From an uncultured Pirellulales bacterium (GTDB lineage Bacteria > Planctomycetota > Phycisphaerae > Sedimentisphaerales > Anaerobacaceae): DNA of 38,884 nucleotides. Shown here piece after piece: positions 1 to 7,916 of this stretch (position 1 is the first letter of the stretch; every line of letters starts with the position of its first letter). Both the position numbers and the translations under genes were made by a program. The stretch is from positions 1-38,884 of the forward strand of contig CAZYMD010000015.1 in assembly GCA_964649005.1 (NCBI GenBank), read 5' to 3'. Under the pieces are notes generated by a model. That model had not been told where the DNA came from. It made no database searches and saw nothing but the letters and a program-made list of their open reading frames with translations.

Positions 1-1060
1 ATAATCGCCTGTTCCACTGACACTTCCTGTGCTATAACAATTGCTTACGAAACAAATCGCGTAATTGCCCCCAACCAGACCGCCTACACGGTCGTCTCCC
101 GAGACGCTGGCCCTGCTGTAAGAATTGCTCACGTTGCCCTGGTGGCCATTAAACCCAACCAGACCGCCTACACATTCAGATCCCGCCACGCTGGCCGTGC
201 TGTAAGAATTGCTCACGTTGACATTGTGACTATTCCCCCCAACCAAACCACCTACACGGTTAGTTCCCGACACGCTGGTGGTGCTGTAAGAATTGCTCAC
301 GTTGCTCTTGTGGCAATTCAACCCAACGAGGCCACCTACATAATCGCCAGTTACCGACACGCTGCCACTGCTGCAACAATTGCTCACGTTGCAATTGTGT
401 TCATTCAACCCAACCAGACCACCTACATAATTGCCAGTTACCAACATGCTGGTCGTGGTATAACAATTGCTCACGTTGCAATTGTGACTATTATACCCAA
501 CCAGACCACCTACATATCCATTTCCCGATACGCTGGGCGTGCTGTAACAATTGCTCACGTTGCAATTGTGACTATTATACCCAACCAGACCACCTACATA
601 TCCATTTCCCGATACGCTGGACGTGCTGTAACAATTGCTCACGTTGCTCGTGTGGTTATTTGAACCAACCAGACCACCTACGTAATTGTTAGTTCCCGTT
701 ACGCTGGCCATGCTGTAACAATTGCTTACGTTGCAATTGTGGCTATTTTCCCCAACCAGACCACCTACACAAATATTTCCCGCCACGCTGGCCTTGCTGT
801 GACAATTGCTAACGATGCTCTGCTGGCGATTGTCCCCAACCAGACCGCCTACACGGTCGTCTCCCGAGACGCTGGTCGCGCTGTAACAATAGCTAACGAT
901 GCTCTTCTGGCTATTTCTCCCAACCAGCCCACCTACATAATTGCCAGTTCCCGATACGCTGCCCGTGCTGTAACAATTGCTCACGATGCTCTTGTAGCTA
1001 TTCATACCAACCAGACCGCCTACAAAATAAGATCCACTCATCGAACAATTCGTTAGCCCC
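1..1060. repeat. Tandem array of ~12.5 copies of an 84-nt (28-codon) unit. Two adjacent copies (approx 493-576 and 577-660) are essentially identical, and copies near 60-140 and 830-900 are near-identical
   Basis: The motif aattgctcacgttg recurs with period 84 at ~40, 123, 207, 291, 375, 459, 543, 627, 717, 803, 885 and 969. Plus-strand ORFs 142..663 and 739..1056 encode the same 28-aa peptide repeatedly. Confidence 0.9.
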
Positions 1061-1491
1061 AGGTCTTGAATGGCGGCACCATTGGGACTATCACCGGTAC
1101 AAATACCTGTGCACCCAAATAAACCAATCGGATCAGTGCCTGGGCGATTGATGGTCAAATTGGAAATTGTATGATTATCCCCATCATATGAGCCGGTGAA
1201 TGGTGTGGGTTGATTGCCAATCGGTGAAAAGCCTTCGGCGTCTCCACCATCACCGTCATCCCAAGTGGCTGTTGCCGAGGCGTCAATATCGGCGGTTTGG
1301 ATGTAATTCTCATCCCACTCGGCTGAGTTTTGGGAAAGCCAATAGAGGTTGTCCAGGGTCGCGATTCTGTACGGATTGCCCGCACTGCCATCACCTGCTG
1401 CTGGAGGCGTGGCGGTTTGGGCATACACCTGGTTAAAACCAAGTAGCATAAGGGCTAAAATCAGGACATTTCTCAAAGTACGGCTTTTCAT
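1..1491 (-). CDS. GLUG-motif repeat surface protein (partial; continues beyond the window start). It has an N-terminal signal peptide followed by 28-aa GLUG-type repeats
   Basis: Manual reverse-complement translation from ATG at 1491 (RBS GGAG upstream) gives MKSRTLRNVLILALMLLGFNQVYAQTATPPAAGDGSAGNPYRIATLDNLYW...GSYFVGGLVGMNSYKSIVSNCYSTGSVSG... with no stops through the repeat region. GGLVG...NCY.TG.VSG matches the GLUG motif of IgA-protease-like surface proteins. It is not in the ORF track because it runs off the window. Confidence 0.65.
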   Translation of the reverse strand, partial: MKSRTLRNVLILALMLLGFNQVYAQTATPPAAGDGSAGNPYRIATLDNLYWLSQNSAEWDENYIQTADIDASATATWDDGDGGDAEGFSPIGNQPTPFTGSYDGDNHTISNLTINRPGTDPIGLFGCTGICTGDSPNGAAIQDLGLTNCSMSGSYFVGGLVGMNSYKSIVSNCYSTGSVSGTGNYVGGLVGRNSQKSIVSYCYSATSVSGDDRVGGLVGDNRQQSIVSNCHSKASVAGNICVGGLVGENSHNCNVSNCYSMASVTGTNNYVGGLVGSNNHTSNVSNCYSTSSVSGNGYVGGLVGYNSHNCNVSNCYSTPSVSGNGYVGGLVGYNSHNCNVSNCYTTTSMLVTGNYVGGLVGLNEHNCNVSNCCSSGSVSVTGDYVGGLVGLNCHKSNVSNSYSTTSVSGTNRVGGLVGGNSHNVNVSNSYSTASVAGSECVGGLVGFNGHQGNVSNSYSRASVSGDDRVGGLVGGNYAICFVSNCYSTGSVSGTGDY

Positions 1492-2012
1492 CGGTATTTC
1501 TCCTTCGGGTTAGATGAAAATAGAAATGCTGGAGTGGTATTCGCAATGCAGGTTAGATGCTTTGATATAGGCCCTGCATTGTCAACGTATGGCATATTTG
1601 CTGCTTTTCTTTCACCCCACCTTACGCTGCTCAAAGATCGAGGCGTATCCTCGCTGACCAAGGCCTTCTCCGGATCGAACTGTAAATCTCTTAGTTCACT
1701 ACCAGAGATCTATCCAATACATACTAAACCGTAAGTATAGGGGATCAATTCCGCATTGTCAAGTCAGAAACACCTAAATTCGACAGTACTTTAGTGTTTT
1801 TTTCGGACATTTATTGTCCCCACGTCCTGTAAACGGCTCCTCCGAACACCTTCGCAGGCACCAACATCCAGAATAGGCAGACCGTGAGAGTGTTTTATGT
1901 AAACGGATCCAATCAAGTCCAATCTTAGAACCCCCCCGACCGGTGTGAAATACTCATCCGCCCTATGTGCACGGAGATGTGGACGCCGGATGCTGCGGAG
2001 GGAGGAATTGTC

Positions 2013-2041
2013 TTGCAATAGGGGGCCCAAAAGGCTATAAT
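2013..2041 (+). promoter_or_regulatory. Sigma70-like promoter: TTGCAA-N17-TATAAT
   Basis: ttgcaa at 2013-2018, a 17-nt spacer, tataat at 2036-2041, ~70 nt upstream of the peptidase start codon. Confidence 0.35.
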
Positions 2042-2109
2042 CATGTTTAGAAATGCGGGGATTCTGCATTTCAGGATGGGGCGGTCTGTGGCTAAGGGAG
2101 CAAGTGGTG

Positions 2110-4677
2110 ATGACAATAATCCGATTGGACAGACTCTGCAATTGGTTCGCCTTGCGGGCGATTTTGTTGCTTTGGGTTGCGCTTCTATTTTTCCCTTCTG
2201 AGTCGATGGCGGAACCTGTCGGCGCGGGCTTGGCGGAACAGGCTGTTAATGGGTGGCTGGCAATCAGTCCGCTGCCGTTGGATGCGGGGCTGGGAAATCA
2301 GATTGAAACAGTAAGGACGTTCTCAAATGCGCAGGGGACAGCGGTTTATTATGTTGTCGAACTGGAGCCGAGCGGATTTGTCGTGGTGTCAGCCGACGAT
2401 ACTATCGAGCCGATTATATGTTTCTCCGCCAGTGGCAAGTACAGCGTTGACGATAACAGTCCGCTTTGGGAGATTGTAGGGGCCGATGTGCCCGCACGGG
2501 TTCAGCAAGCTGCGAGCGTTCAGGATGTGTCGGGGGCGATTCAGCCCTCGAGTGCAAGCGCCGAGCAGCAAGCCTTATTCGAGGCTCGCGAGAAATGGGA
2601 TATGCTGACAAGCTACTCAGGCGCGTCGACGATGCTGATGAGTGTCTCGGATGTGTCGAATTTGTGGATCGAACCATTGGTGCAGAGCACCTGGGGGCAA
2701 TTCACGGTGGGCGACTATTCCGATGGAGTGAGCTGTTATAATTATTATACGCCACCTTATGAGGCGGGCGACGCCAACAATTATCCTTGCGGGTGTGTGG
2801 CGACGGCGATGGCGCAGCTCATAAGGTATCACGAGCATTCCGCCGTATTCTACGATTGGGCAAACATGCCTCTGGCGCCAGATTTCGGGATCAATCTTCT
2901 CGAGAGGCAGGCCATCGGGCAGTTTTGCTTCTACGTTGCTGAGGCGATTGACACCATCTATTCCCAAGGCAGTTCCGGCGGCTCGCAGGCATCTCTGGCG
3001 GCGGCATCGGGGCGCTTGCGGGATAGGTTCGGCTACTCCAACAGCATATACTCGAGCACTCCTGTGCCCGGCGCGGTGTTTAATAATATGATCAACACGA
3101 ATCTCGACGCGGGCTGTCCGGTGCTGCTGGGTCTTAATGGTCCTTCCGGCGGGCACAGCGTAGTTTGCGACGGGTATGGCTATGATTCGGCCACACTGTA
3201 TCACCATCTCAACATGGGCTGGAGCGGGCGCTACGATCTATGGTATGCGCTGCCGACAATCGAGTCACTGTATTCATTCAACGTCGTTCACTCTTGTGTT
3301 TACAACATATTCGAGTCGGGATCGGGCGAGATTGTCAGTGGACGAATCACCGACATTGCAGGCAATCCCATTAGCGGGGTTCAGATCGAGGCGGCGGTAT
3401 CCGGAGCGTCAACGCGTTACTCGGAGAGTAACTCTGATGGCATATACGCGCTGGCGAATCTGCCTTCGAACAGGTCGATAGTTCTCACTGCAAGCAAGTC
3501 GCCACATGCATTTGTCGCCAAGAGCGTCACGACCGGAAACTCCGTGAACTACGGTGGGACGTCGGGCAACCTCTGGGGTGTGAACTTCGTGTCGAACAGT
3601 CTGGCTCCACCTGATGCGCAGAACCAGAGCGTCCTGGCGGTATCGGGGGAGGCGGTGAGCGTCACGCTTGGAGCCGGTGACGAGGGGCTGCCAAATCCAC
3701 CGGGCATGTTGTCGTACATGGTGACGTCACTGCCTGAGCACGGGAGGCTGACAGATCCTTCGGTGGGGAGAATTACATCCGTTCCGTACACATTGGTTAA
3801 TTACGGCAACGTGGTGGAATATTTAGCTTGCTCGTATTTCAGCGGGCCCGATTCGTTCGAGTTCGTGGCCGATGACGGTGGGATGGCTCCACAGGGGGGC
3901 GTTTCCGAAACAGGGACTATCGGCATCGATGTTACTGATGTCACTTACAGGGTGTATGCACCTTCGGGCGATACGGTGGCGTCGTGGCCGATGACGACGA
4001 GGTATCACGATAGCAGGACGCAGGTGATATACCCGGCGGAAGAGGTTGGCGGTTCAGGCAAAATCACGGGTCTTGAATTGAACCTCCACACTATGCCGGC
4101 CCAGACGCTGAAGAACTGGACAGTCCGTATCAAGCACACTAATCTCGCGGCCTATGAAAATCCGGCGTTAGAGTCGAGCGGATGGATGACAGCCTATAAG
4201 GCGGATGAAGCGATCGATTCGGTTGGGTGGATCAGGTTCGACTTCCAGAACGCATTCGGCTACAACGGCGTGCAGAATCTTTTGATCGATTTCAGTCACA
4301 ATAACGATTCGGCGTCTACAGACGCGATGTGCAGGGTGTCCGAAACGGGGGATATGCGCGTTGTCATGGCGTTTTCAGACAGTGCCGACGGCGATCCTTT
4401 GGACTGGTCGGGCCAGACGTCACCGAGCATATATGTTAGTGATGCTGTGCCTAATATAAAGTTAGTGGTTGAGACATTTGCTGTGCCGCTTGCGGGCGAT
4501 TTCGATCAGGACTGTGACGTTGATATCTACGATTTCGCGGCGATGGCCTCGGCATGGCTGAGTCAATCGGGAGATTCCAACTGGGACCCGGTCTGTGATA
4601 TATCGGGAATTGGCGACGGCATCGTCAATGAGCTGGATTTTGCAGTTCTGGCCCAGCATTGGCTGGACGAAGAGTAG
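2110..4677 (+). CDS. Secreted multidomain peptidase C10 (streptopain/SpeB-like) cysteine protease. It has an N-terminal C10 propeptide-like domain, a carboxypeptidase-regulatory-like beta-sandwich domain and a C-terminal dockerin-like repeat
   Basis: Signal peptide MTIIRLDRLCNWFALRAILLLWVALLFFPSESMA from ATG 2110 (RBS GGGAG). Propeptide-like AVYYVVELEPSGFVVVSADDTIEPI. Catalytic Cys motif STWGQ...PCGCVATAMAQLIRYH and His region GGHSVVCDGYGY. C-terminus DFDQDCDVDIYDF...DISGIGDGIVNELDF is dockerin-like. The ORF track starts at 2053, but the internal ATG with an RBS and signal peptide is preferred. Confidence 0.8.
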   Translation: MTIIRLDRLCNWFALRAILLLWVALLFFPSESMAEPVGAGLAEQAVNGWLAISPLPLDAGLGNQIETVRTFSNAQGTAVYYVVELEPSGFVVVSADDTIEPIICFSASGKYSVDDNSPLWEIVGADVPARVQQAASVQDVSGAIQPSSASAEQQALFEAREKWDMLTSYSGASTMLMSVSDVSNLWIEPLVQSTWGQFTVGDYSDGVSCYNYYTPPYEAGDANNYPCGCVATAMAQLIRYHEHSAVFYDWANMPLAPDFGINLLERQAIGQFCFYVAEAIDTIYSQGSSGGSQASLAAASGRLRDRFGYSNSIYSSTPVPGAVFNNMINTNLDAGCPVLLGLNGPSGGHSVVCDGYGYDSATLYHHLNMGWSGRYDLWYALPTIESLYSFNVVHSCVYNIFESGSGEIVSGRITDIAGNPISGVQIEAAVSGASTRYSESNSDGIYALANLPSNRSIVLTASKSPHAFVAKSVTTGNSVNYGGTSGNLWGVNFVSNSLAPPDAQNQSVLAVSGEAVSVTLGAGDEGLPNPPGMLSYMVTSLPEHGRLTDPSVGRITSVPYTLVNYGNVVEYLACSYFSGPDSFEFVADDGGMAPQGGVSETGTIGIDVTDVTYRVYAPSGDTVASWPMTTRYHDSRTQVIYPAEEVGGSGKITGLELNLHTMPAQTLKNWTVRIKHTNLAAYENPALESSGWMTAYKADEAIDSVGWIRFDFQNAFGYNGVQNLLIDFSHNNDSASTDAMCRVSETGDMRVVMAFSDSADGDPLDWSGQTSPSIYVSDAVPNIKLVVETFAVPLAGDFDQDCDVDIYDFAAMASAWLSQSGDSNWDPVCDISGIGDGIVNELDFAVLAQHWLDEE

Positions 4678-4689
4678 CGGCAGATTCTG

Positions 4690-6480
4690 CAACGTCACGG
4701 CGTTGTACGAATTTTGAAATATTCTTCATCTTTTTTTGTGGAGTATTAGATAACTTCGTCATTCGGCTTAGCTCAGGGCTAAAGGCTGCGCCCCTGAGGG
4801 ACAAGCCCCTATGGGGCAAGCTCCCAATGACTACAGGCGGCGGAGCCCAAGCGAAGGATGGGGAGTACGGAGGTGGATTACTTATGTTCGAGGGCAGATA
4901 AGCTATGAAAATGGAGCCTCCAGTGATGAAGGTTTAGAGGTTACTATACGTGGTCGTTAGAGAAACGCCACAATTAACCTTTTCACCAAGGAGGCTCATA
5001 TGAGAGACAAGTATATCGGATTCGACATCGACAGCAAGAAGACAGTTGCCTGCGTAGTCGAGCGGGATCGAAAAGAAATGTATCAAACCATGAAGACAGA
5101 CATCGAAGAGATGAGAAAGTATCTCAAGCAACAGCGAGAGGATGGCTGTCAGGTTCACCTGACCTTCGAGATCAGCGGAGAAGCCGGGTATCGCTACGAT
5201 GCTTTGCGGGATTGTGTCGATACTTTGACTGTCTCAAATCCTCACAAGATGACCTGGATCTACCGGACCCGTAAGAAGAACGACCGTATCGACGCTCGCA
5301 AGCAGGCGGTGCTGCTGAGCATCGGCGAGGTTCCTGCGGTGCATATCCCCAGCATGGAGATACGTCAGTGGCGTGTTACGATCCAGCAGCGACGCACGGT
5401 TGTCAATCGTATAGTCTCGGTTAAGAGCCGGATACGTGCGTTGCTCAAAGGCAACGGCCTGACGCAGGCGCAGCACAAAGGCAGTTGGTGGAAGCTGGCC
5501 AACCTGGCGTGGATGCGTCAGCAAGCGAGGGACTGGACGGAAACGGCAATCGAGCAGTTGTGGCGGATTCATCTGAGAGGTCTGCTTGACGAGTTGGATC
5601 AGCTCAATGGCCGGCTCAAGTCGTTGACCAGTTATCTGGACCGGTATCTGGATAGTCAACCGGGCGGAGTTCTGTTGATGAGCATTCCCGGTGTCGGTCC
5701 TCGTACGGCCGAAGCTGTCCTGGCCTACACTGATGATGTGCATCGGTTTCGACGATCCAGGCAATACTCGGCATACTTCGGTCTGACGCCGAAGTTGGAT
5801 GAAAGCGGACAGGTGCGTCATTTGGGACACATAAGCAAGGAAGGGCCGTCGGTAGTGCGTTGGCTGATAGTCGAAAGCACGTGGCGGGCGATCCAAAAAT
5901 GTTCCTTCTTCAAGAGGTTCTATGAACGAGTTGAATGCGGCCAGAAGCAACGCAAGAAAACGGCTGTTGTCGCTACCGCCCGCAAACTTTTGACTATCAT
6001 GCGGGCGATGTTGTTGAGCGGGGAGCTGTTTAACGAGCAGAGCGTTGGGCAGGCTCTCGAAGCCTGATATATATAATGAAAAGATGTTAGCTATGACAGA
6101 CACTACGGCTGGCCTGATCCGGGAAGTATCCTGAGTGGAGAGATGCGGCTTGTTTGCAAGACCGCGAGGCAGAGAATAGGAGCTTTCCCTGTATGGAGTT
6201 TTGTGTGCCGTCCTGGAGACGAGTACGAATAGGAGCGTAGGCCGCCGGCCGTGGGATCGTCATAAGAGTGGAAGCATCTTTTTTCCTCCGGCCCCCTCAG
6301 CAATGGGCGAAGGGGCCCAAAGGAAAAAGATGCACTGTTAGGAAAAAAGAAATGTGACGAAAAAATGAAATAACACTTGCGGGACTCCATTTCATAGGAT
6401 CTCTCCACTTCGGGCCGCAGAGCGGCCCACCGGTCGAGATGACATAGGGTGCACCTTCGGGTTAGGGTCGGAATGACAAA
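4690..6480 (+). mobile_element. IS110-family insertion sequence (boundaries approximate) inserted between two convergent genes
   Basis: A single DEDD-type transposase ORF is flanked by ~320 nt of 5' and ~430 nt of 3' structured non-coding sequence. Neither terminal inverted repeats nor target-site duplications were looked for, and exact ends cannot be set from this sequence alone. Confidence 0.55.
5000..6067 (+). CDS. IS110-family (DEDD) transposase/recombinase
   Basis: N-terminal MRDKYIGFDIDSKKTVACVV (RuvC-like DEDD domain start), NDRIDARK, and a C-terminal Tnp domain with MSIPGVGPRTAEAVLAYTDDVHRF..YSAYFGLTPKLDESGQ. RBS AAGGAGG lies before the ATG. Confidence 0.9.
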   Translation: MRDKYIGFDIDSKKTVACVVERDRKEMYQTMKTDIEEMRKYLKQQREDGCQVHLTFEISGEAGYRYDALRDCVDTLTVSNPHKMTWIYRTRKKNDRIDARKQAVLLSIGEVPAVHIPSMEIRQWRVTIQQRRTVVNRIVSVKSRIRALLKGNGLTQAQHKGSWWKLANLAWMRQQARDWTETAIEQLWRIHLRGLLDELDQLNGRLKSLTSYLDRYLDSQPGGVLLMSIPGVGPRTAEAVLAYTDDVHRFRRSRQYSAYFGLTPKLDESGQVRHLGHISKEGPSVVRWLIVESTWRAIQKCSFFKRFYERVECGQKQRKKTAVVATARKLLTIMRAMLLSGELFNEQSVGQALEA

Positions 6481-6499
6481 GGTTGGTGACCTTCCTTGT

Positions 6500-7444
6500 T
6501 CAGGATTCTTTATCCGTATCGTTATCGTCCGGTTGCTGCTCCGGCGGGGCGGGTTCGCTTTTCGGTTGGGGCGGTTCGGGTGGAGATGCAGGGTAGGGCT
6601 TCGGGGCCGGTAGCGGGGAGGCGCCTGGTCGGTTGGGCGACATCTGGGCCATTTGCTGCGGATAGTCGATGGCGAATTTGGCGCGTACCTTTTCGAGGGT
6701 CTGCGATTTTTTGTCTATTCTCCAGACCAGCAGTGAGAGAGGCTGTCTCTTGTTGTCCTTGAAGGTGATGATGATTCTTCCGAAACCAAAAAGTCTTTCG
6801 AGGAAATCGCAGGTGTCTATCTTGGAGTTGTAGTCTTCTCTGCCGATTTGCTCGCCGCTCTCGGTTGGTCCTTCCTGCATGTTCAGATAGTTGGGAGTGA
6901 TGGTGGTATAGTAGAAGAGCCCCTTGAGCCAGGAGATGCCGATAGTTAGCAGGCCCATTAGTGCAACCAGCAGGTAGCCTGTTCCGCTGATGGAAAGGGC
7001 GAGATTTCGGAAGAGGCCAAGGAAGCCACCGACCCAGCCGAGCAGGTTGAGCCAGAGCAGAAGGCAGCCAATACTGACTACGCCGATCAGAAGGACCTTG
7101 ATGCTCAGGCTGTACTCTTCGATGAGGAAATTCAGGAAGAACACCCCAAACCACACCCCGCCGATGATCTCGGCGTTTATGGAAGCGAAGCCTGAAAGCT
7201 CGGCTTCCTTAAGGAACATGAGGATCGAGGCTATAACGGAGACCGCCATCGTCGGGACATAAAGTATCTTGGGGGTCCAGTTGAAAATGATGAGCCAGTC
7301 GTTCATGTCAGGATCATTGGTTAGCGTCCGCTTCATGCCCATTCTGGTCCTGATCGTTTTGCGTGCGACCAAGAGCACGATAGCCGAAACAACACCTACG
7401 CCGATGGCTATATATAAGGCTATCATCTTGCTTGACGTCCACAT
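6500..7444 (-). CDS. Polytopic integral membrane protein of unknown function with a Pro-rich acidic C-terminal tail
   Basis: The 314-aa ORF has multiple hydrophobic helices (IALYIAIGVGVVSAIVLLVA, LYVPTMAVSVIASILMFL, VWFGVFFLNFL, LLIGVVSIGCLLLWLNLLGWVGGFLGLF, LLVALMGLLTIGISWL) and then a soluble C-terminus ending PAPKPYPASPPEPPQPKSEPAPPEQQPDDNDTDKES. Confidence 0.55.
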   Translation of the reverse strand: MWTSSKMIALYIAIGVGVVSAIVLLVARKTIRTRMGMKRTLTNDPDMNDWLIIFNWTPKILYVPTMAVSVIASILMFLKEAELSGFASINAEIIGGVWFGVFFLNFLIEEYSLSIKVLLIGVVSIGCLLLWLNLLGWVGGFLGLFRNLALSISGTGYLLVALMGLLTIGISWLKGLFYYTTITPNYLNMQEGPTESGEQIGREDYNSKIDTCDFLERLFGFGRIIITFKDNKRQPLSLLVWRIDKKSQTLEKVRAKFAIDYPQQMAQMSPNRPGASPLPAPKPYPASPPEPPQPKSEPAPPEQQPDDNDTDKES

Positions 7445-7693
7445 CGCAGTTCCCTTCTATTCGTTGATATAGTGTCCCAAAGGCTCATAAGCTCCAATTT
7501 GTCGCTGAAGGGGCCATATGAACCGGCGTAATCGCCTATATATATGTCGTCAAATGCACTGATTTGTTGCAATCGTATTTGATTATTCGTGAAACTGCAA
7601 TACTCTGCAATCGGTCTTATGCTTTATTTCCAGTTGTCTTTCACCTTAATTTTAGCCTTTGCGTTGGATTTAAGAGCTTTAACAAAGCTGTCT

Positions 7694-7740
7694 GGATTCC
7701 CGCTTTCGCGGGAATGACAAAAACTTTCGCGGGAATGTCA
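7694..7740. repeat. REP-like hairpin element ggattcccgctttcgcgggaatgac (stem ATTCCCGC/GCGGGAAT with a GAAA tetraloop on the minus strand), followed by a second partial copy ctttcgcgggaatgtca
   Basis: A perfect 8-bp inverted repeat at 7694-7718 and a direct repeat of ctttcgcgggaatg at 7724-7737. Related copies occur at 22675-22700 and 24557-24578. Confidence 0.6.
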
Positions 7741-7916
7741 ACAAAACGCGAGAATGTTTCTTTAAAATCTCTTAGTAGCAAGTGGCGGAACGCCGTGAGT
7801 GTTTGAAGCCGGAGAGGAGGGGCTTACACCACGGCGCACCGCATATTTGGCTGAAGATATTCATTCCGGCCTGTGCAGAATTCCTGCAACCGACCGAGTT
7901 CATATATTCCCGAATT

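Noticed and set aside
142-1056. Plus-strand ORFs 142..663 and 739..1056 encoding repeated IAHVAIVTIIPNQTTYISISRYAGRAVT
   Set aside because: They are mirror-strand artefacts of the 84-nt tandem repeat. The minus strand gives an uninterrupted frame with a signal peptide and GLUG-type repeats. The plus-strand frames are broken by a stop at 661-663 and lack an RBS or any sensible N-terminus.
1-1060. Possible CRISPR array (regular repeats)
   Set aside because: The period is 84 nt, with no unique spacers between repeats. Units differ only by point substitutions and are in-frame coding sequence. This is not a repeat-spacer architecture.
2617-3207. 196-aa minus-strand ORF inside the C10 peptidase gene, plus other internal ORFs (2389..2677, 3176..3481)
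   Set aside because: They are overlapping or antisense to a confidently identified peptidase-domain coding region and have no conserved motifs.
4764-4840. tRNA-like start ggcttagctcagggctaaagg... in the IS 5' flank
   Set aside because: GCTCAGGG resembles a D-arm, but no consistent cloverleaf could be drawn: there is no acceptor-stem complement, no T-arm GTTC-like loop and no CCA end. It is more likely part of the IS leader structure.
5234-6103. 289-aa minus-strand ORF antisense to the IS110 transposase
   Set aside because: It is completely embedded antisense within a well-supported transposase gene, has no recognisable domains and has a low-complexity R/Q/L-rich composition typical of shadow ORFs.
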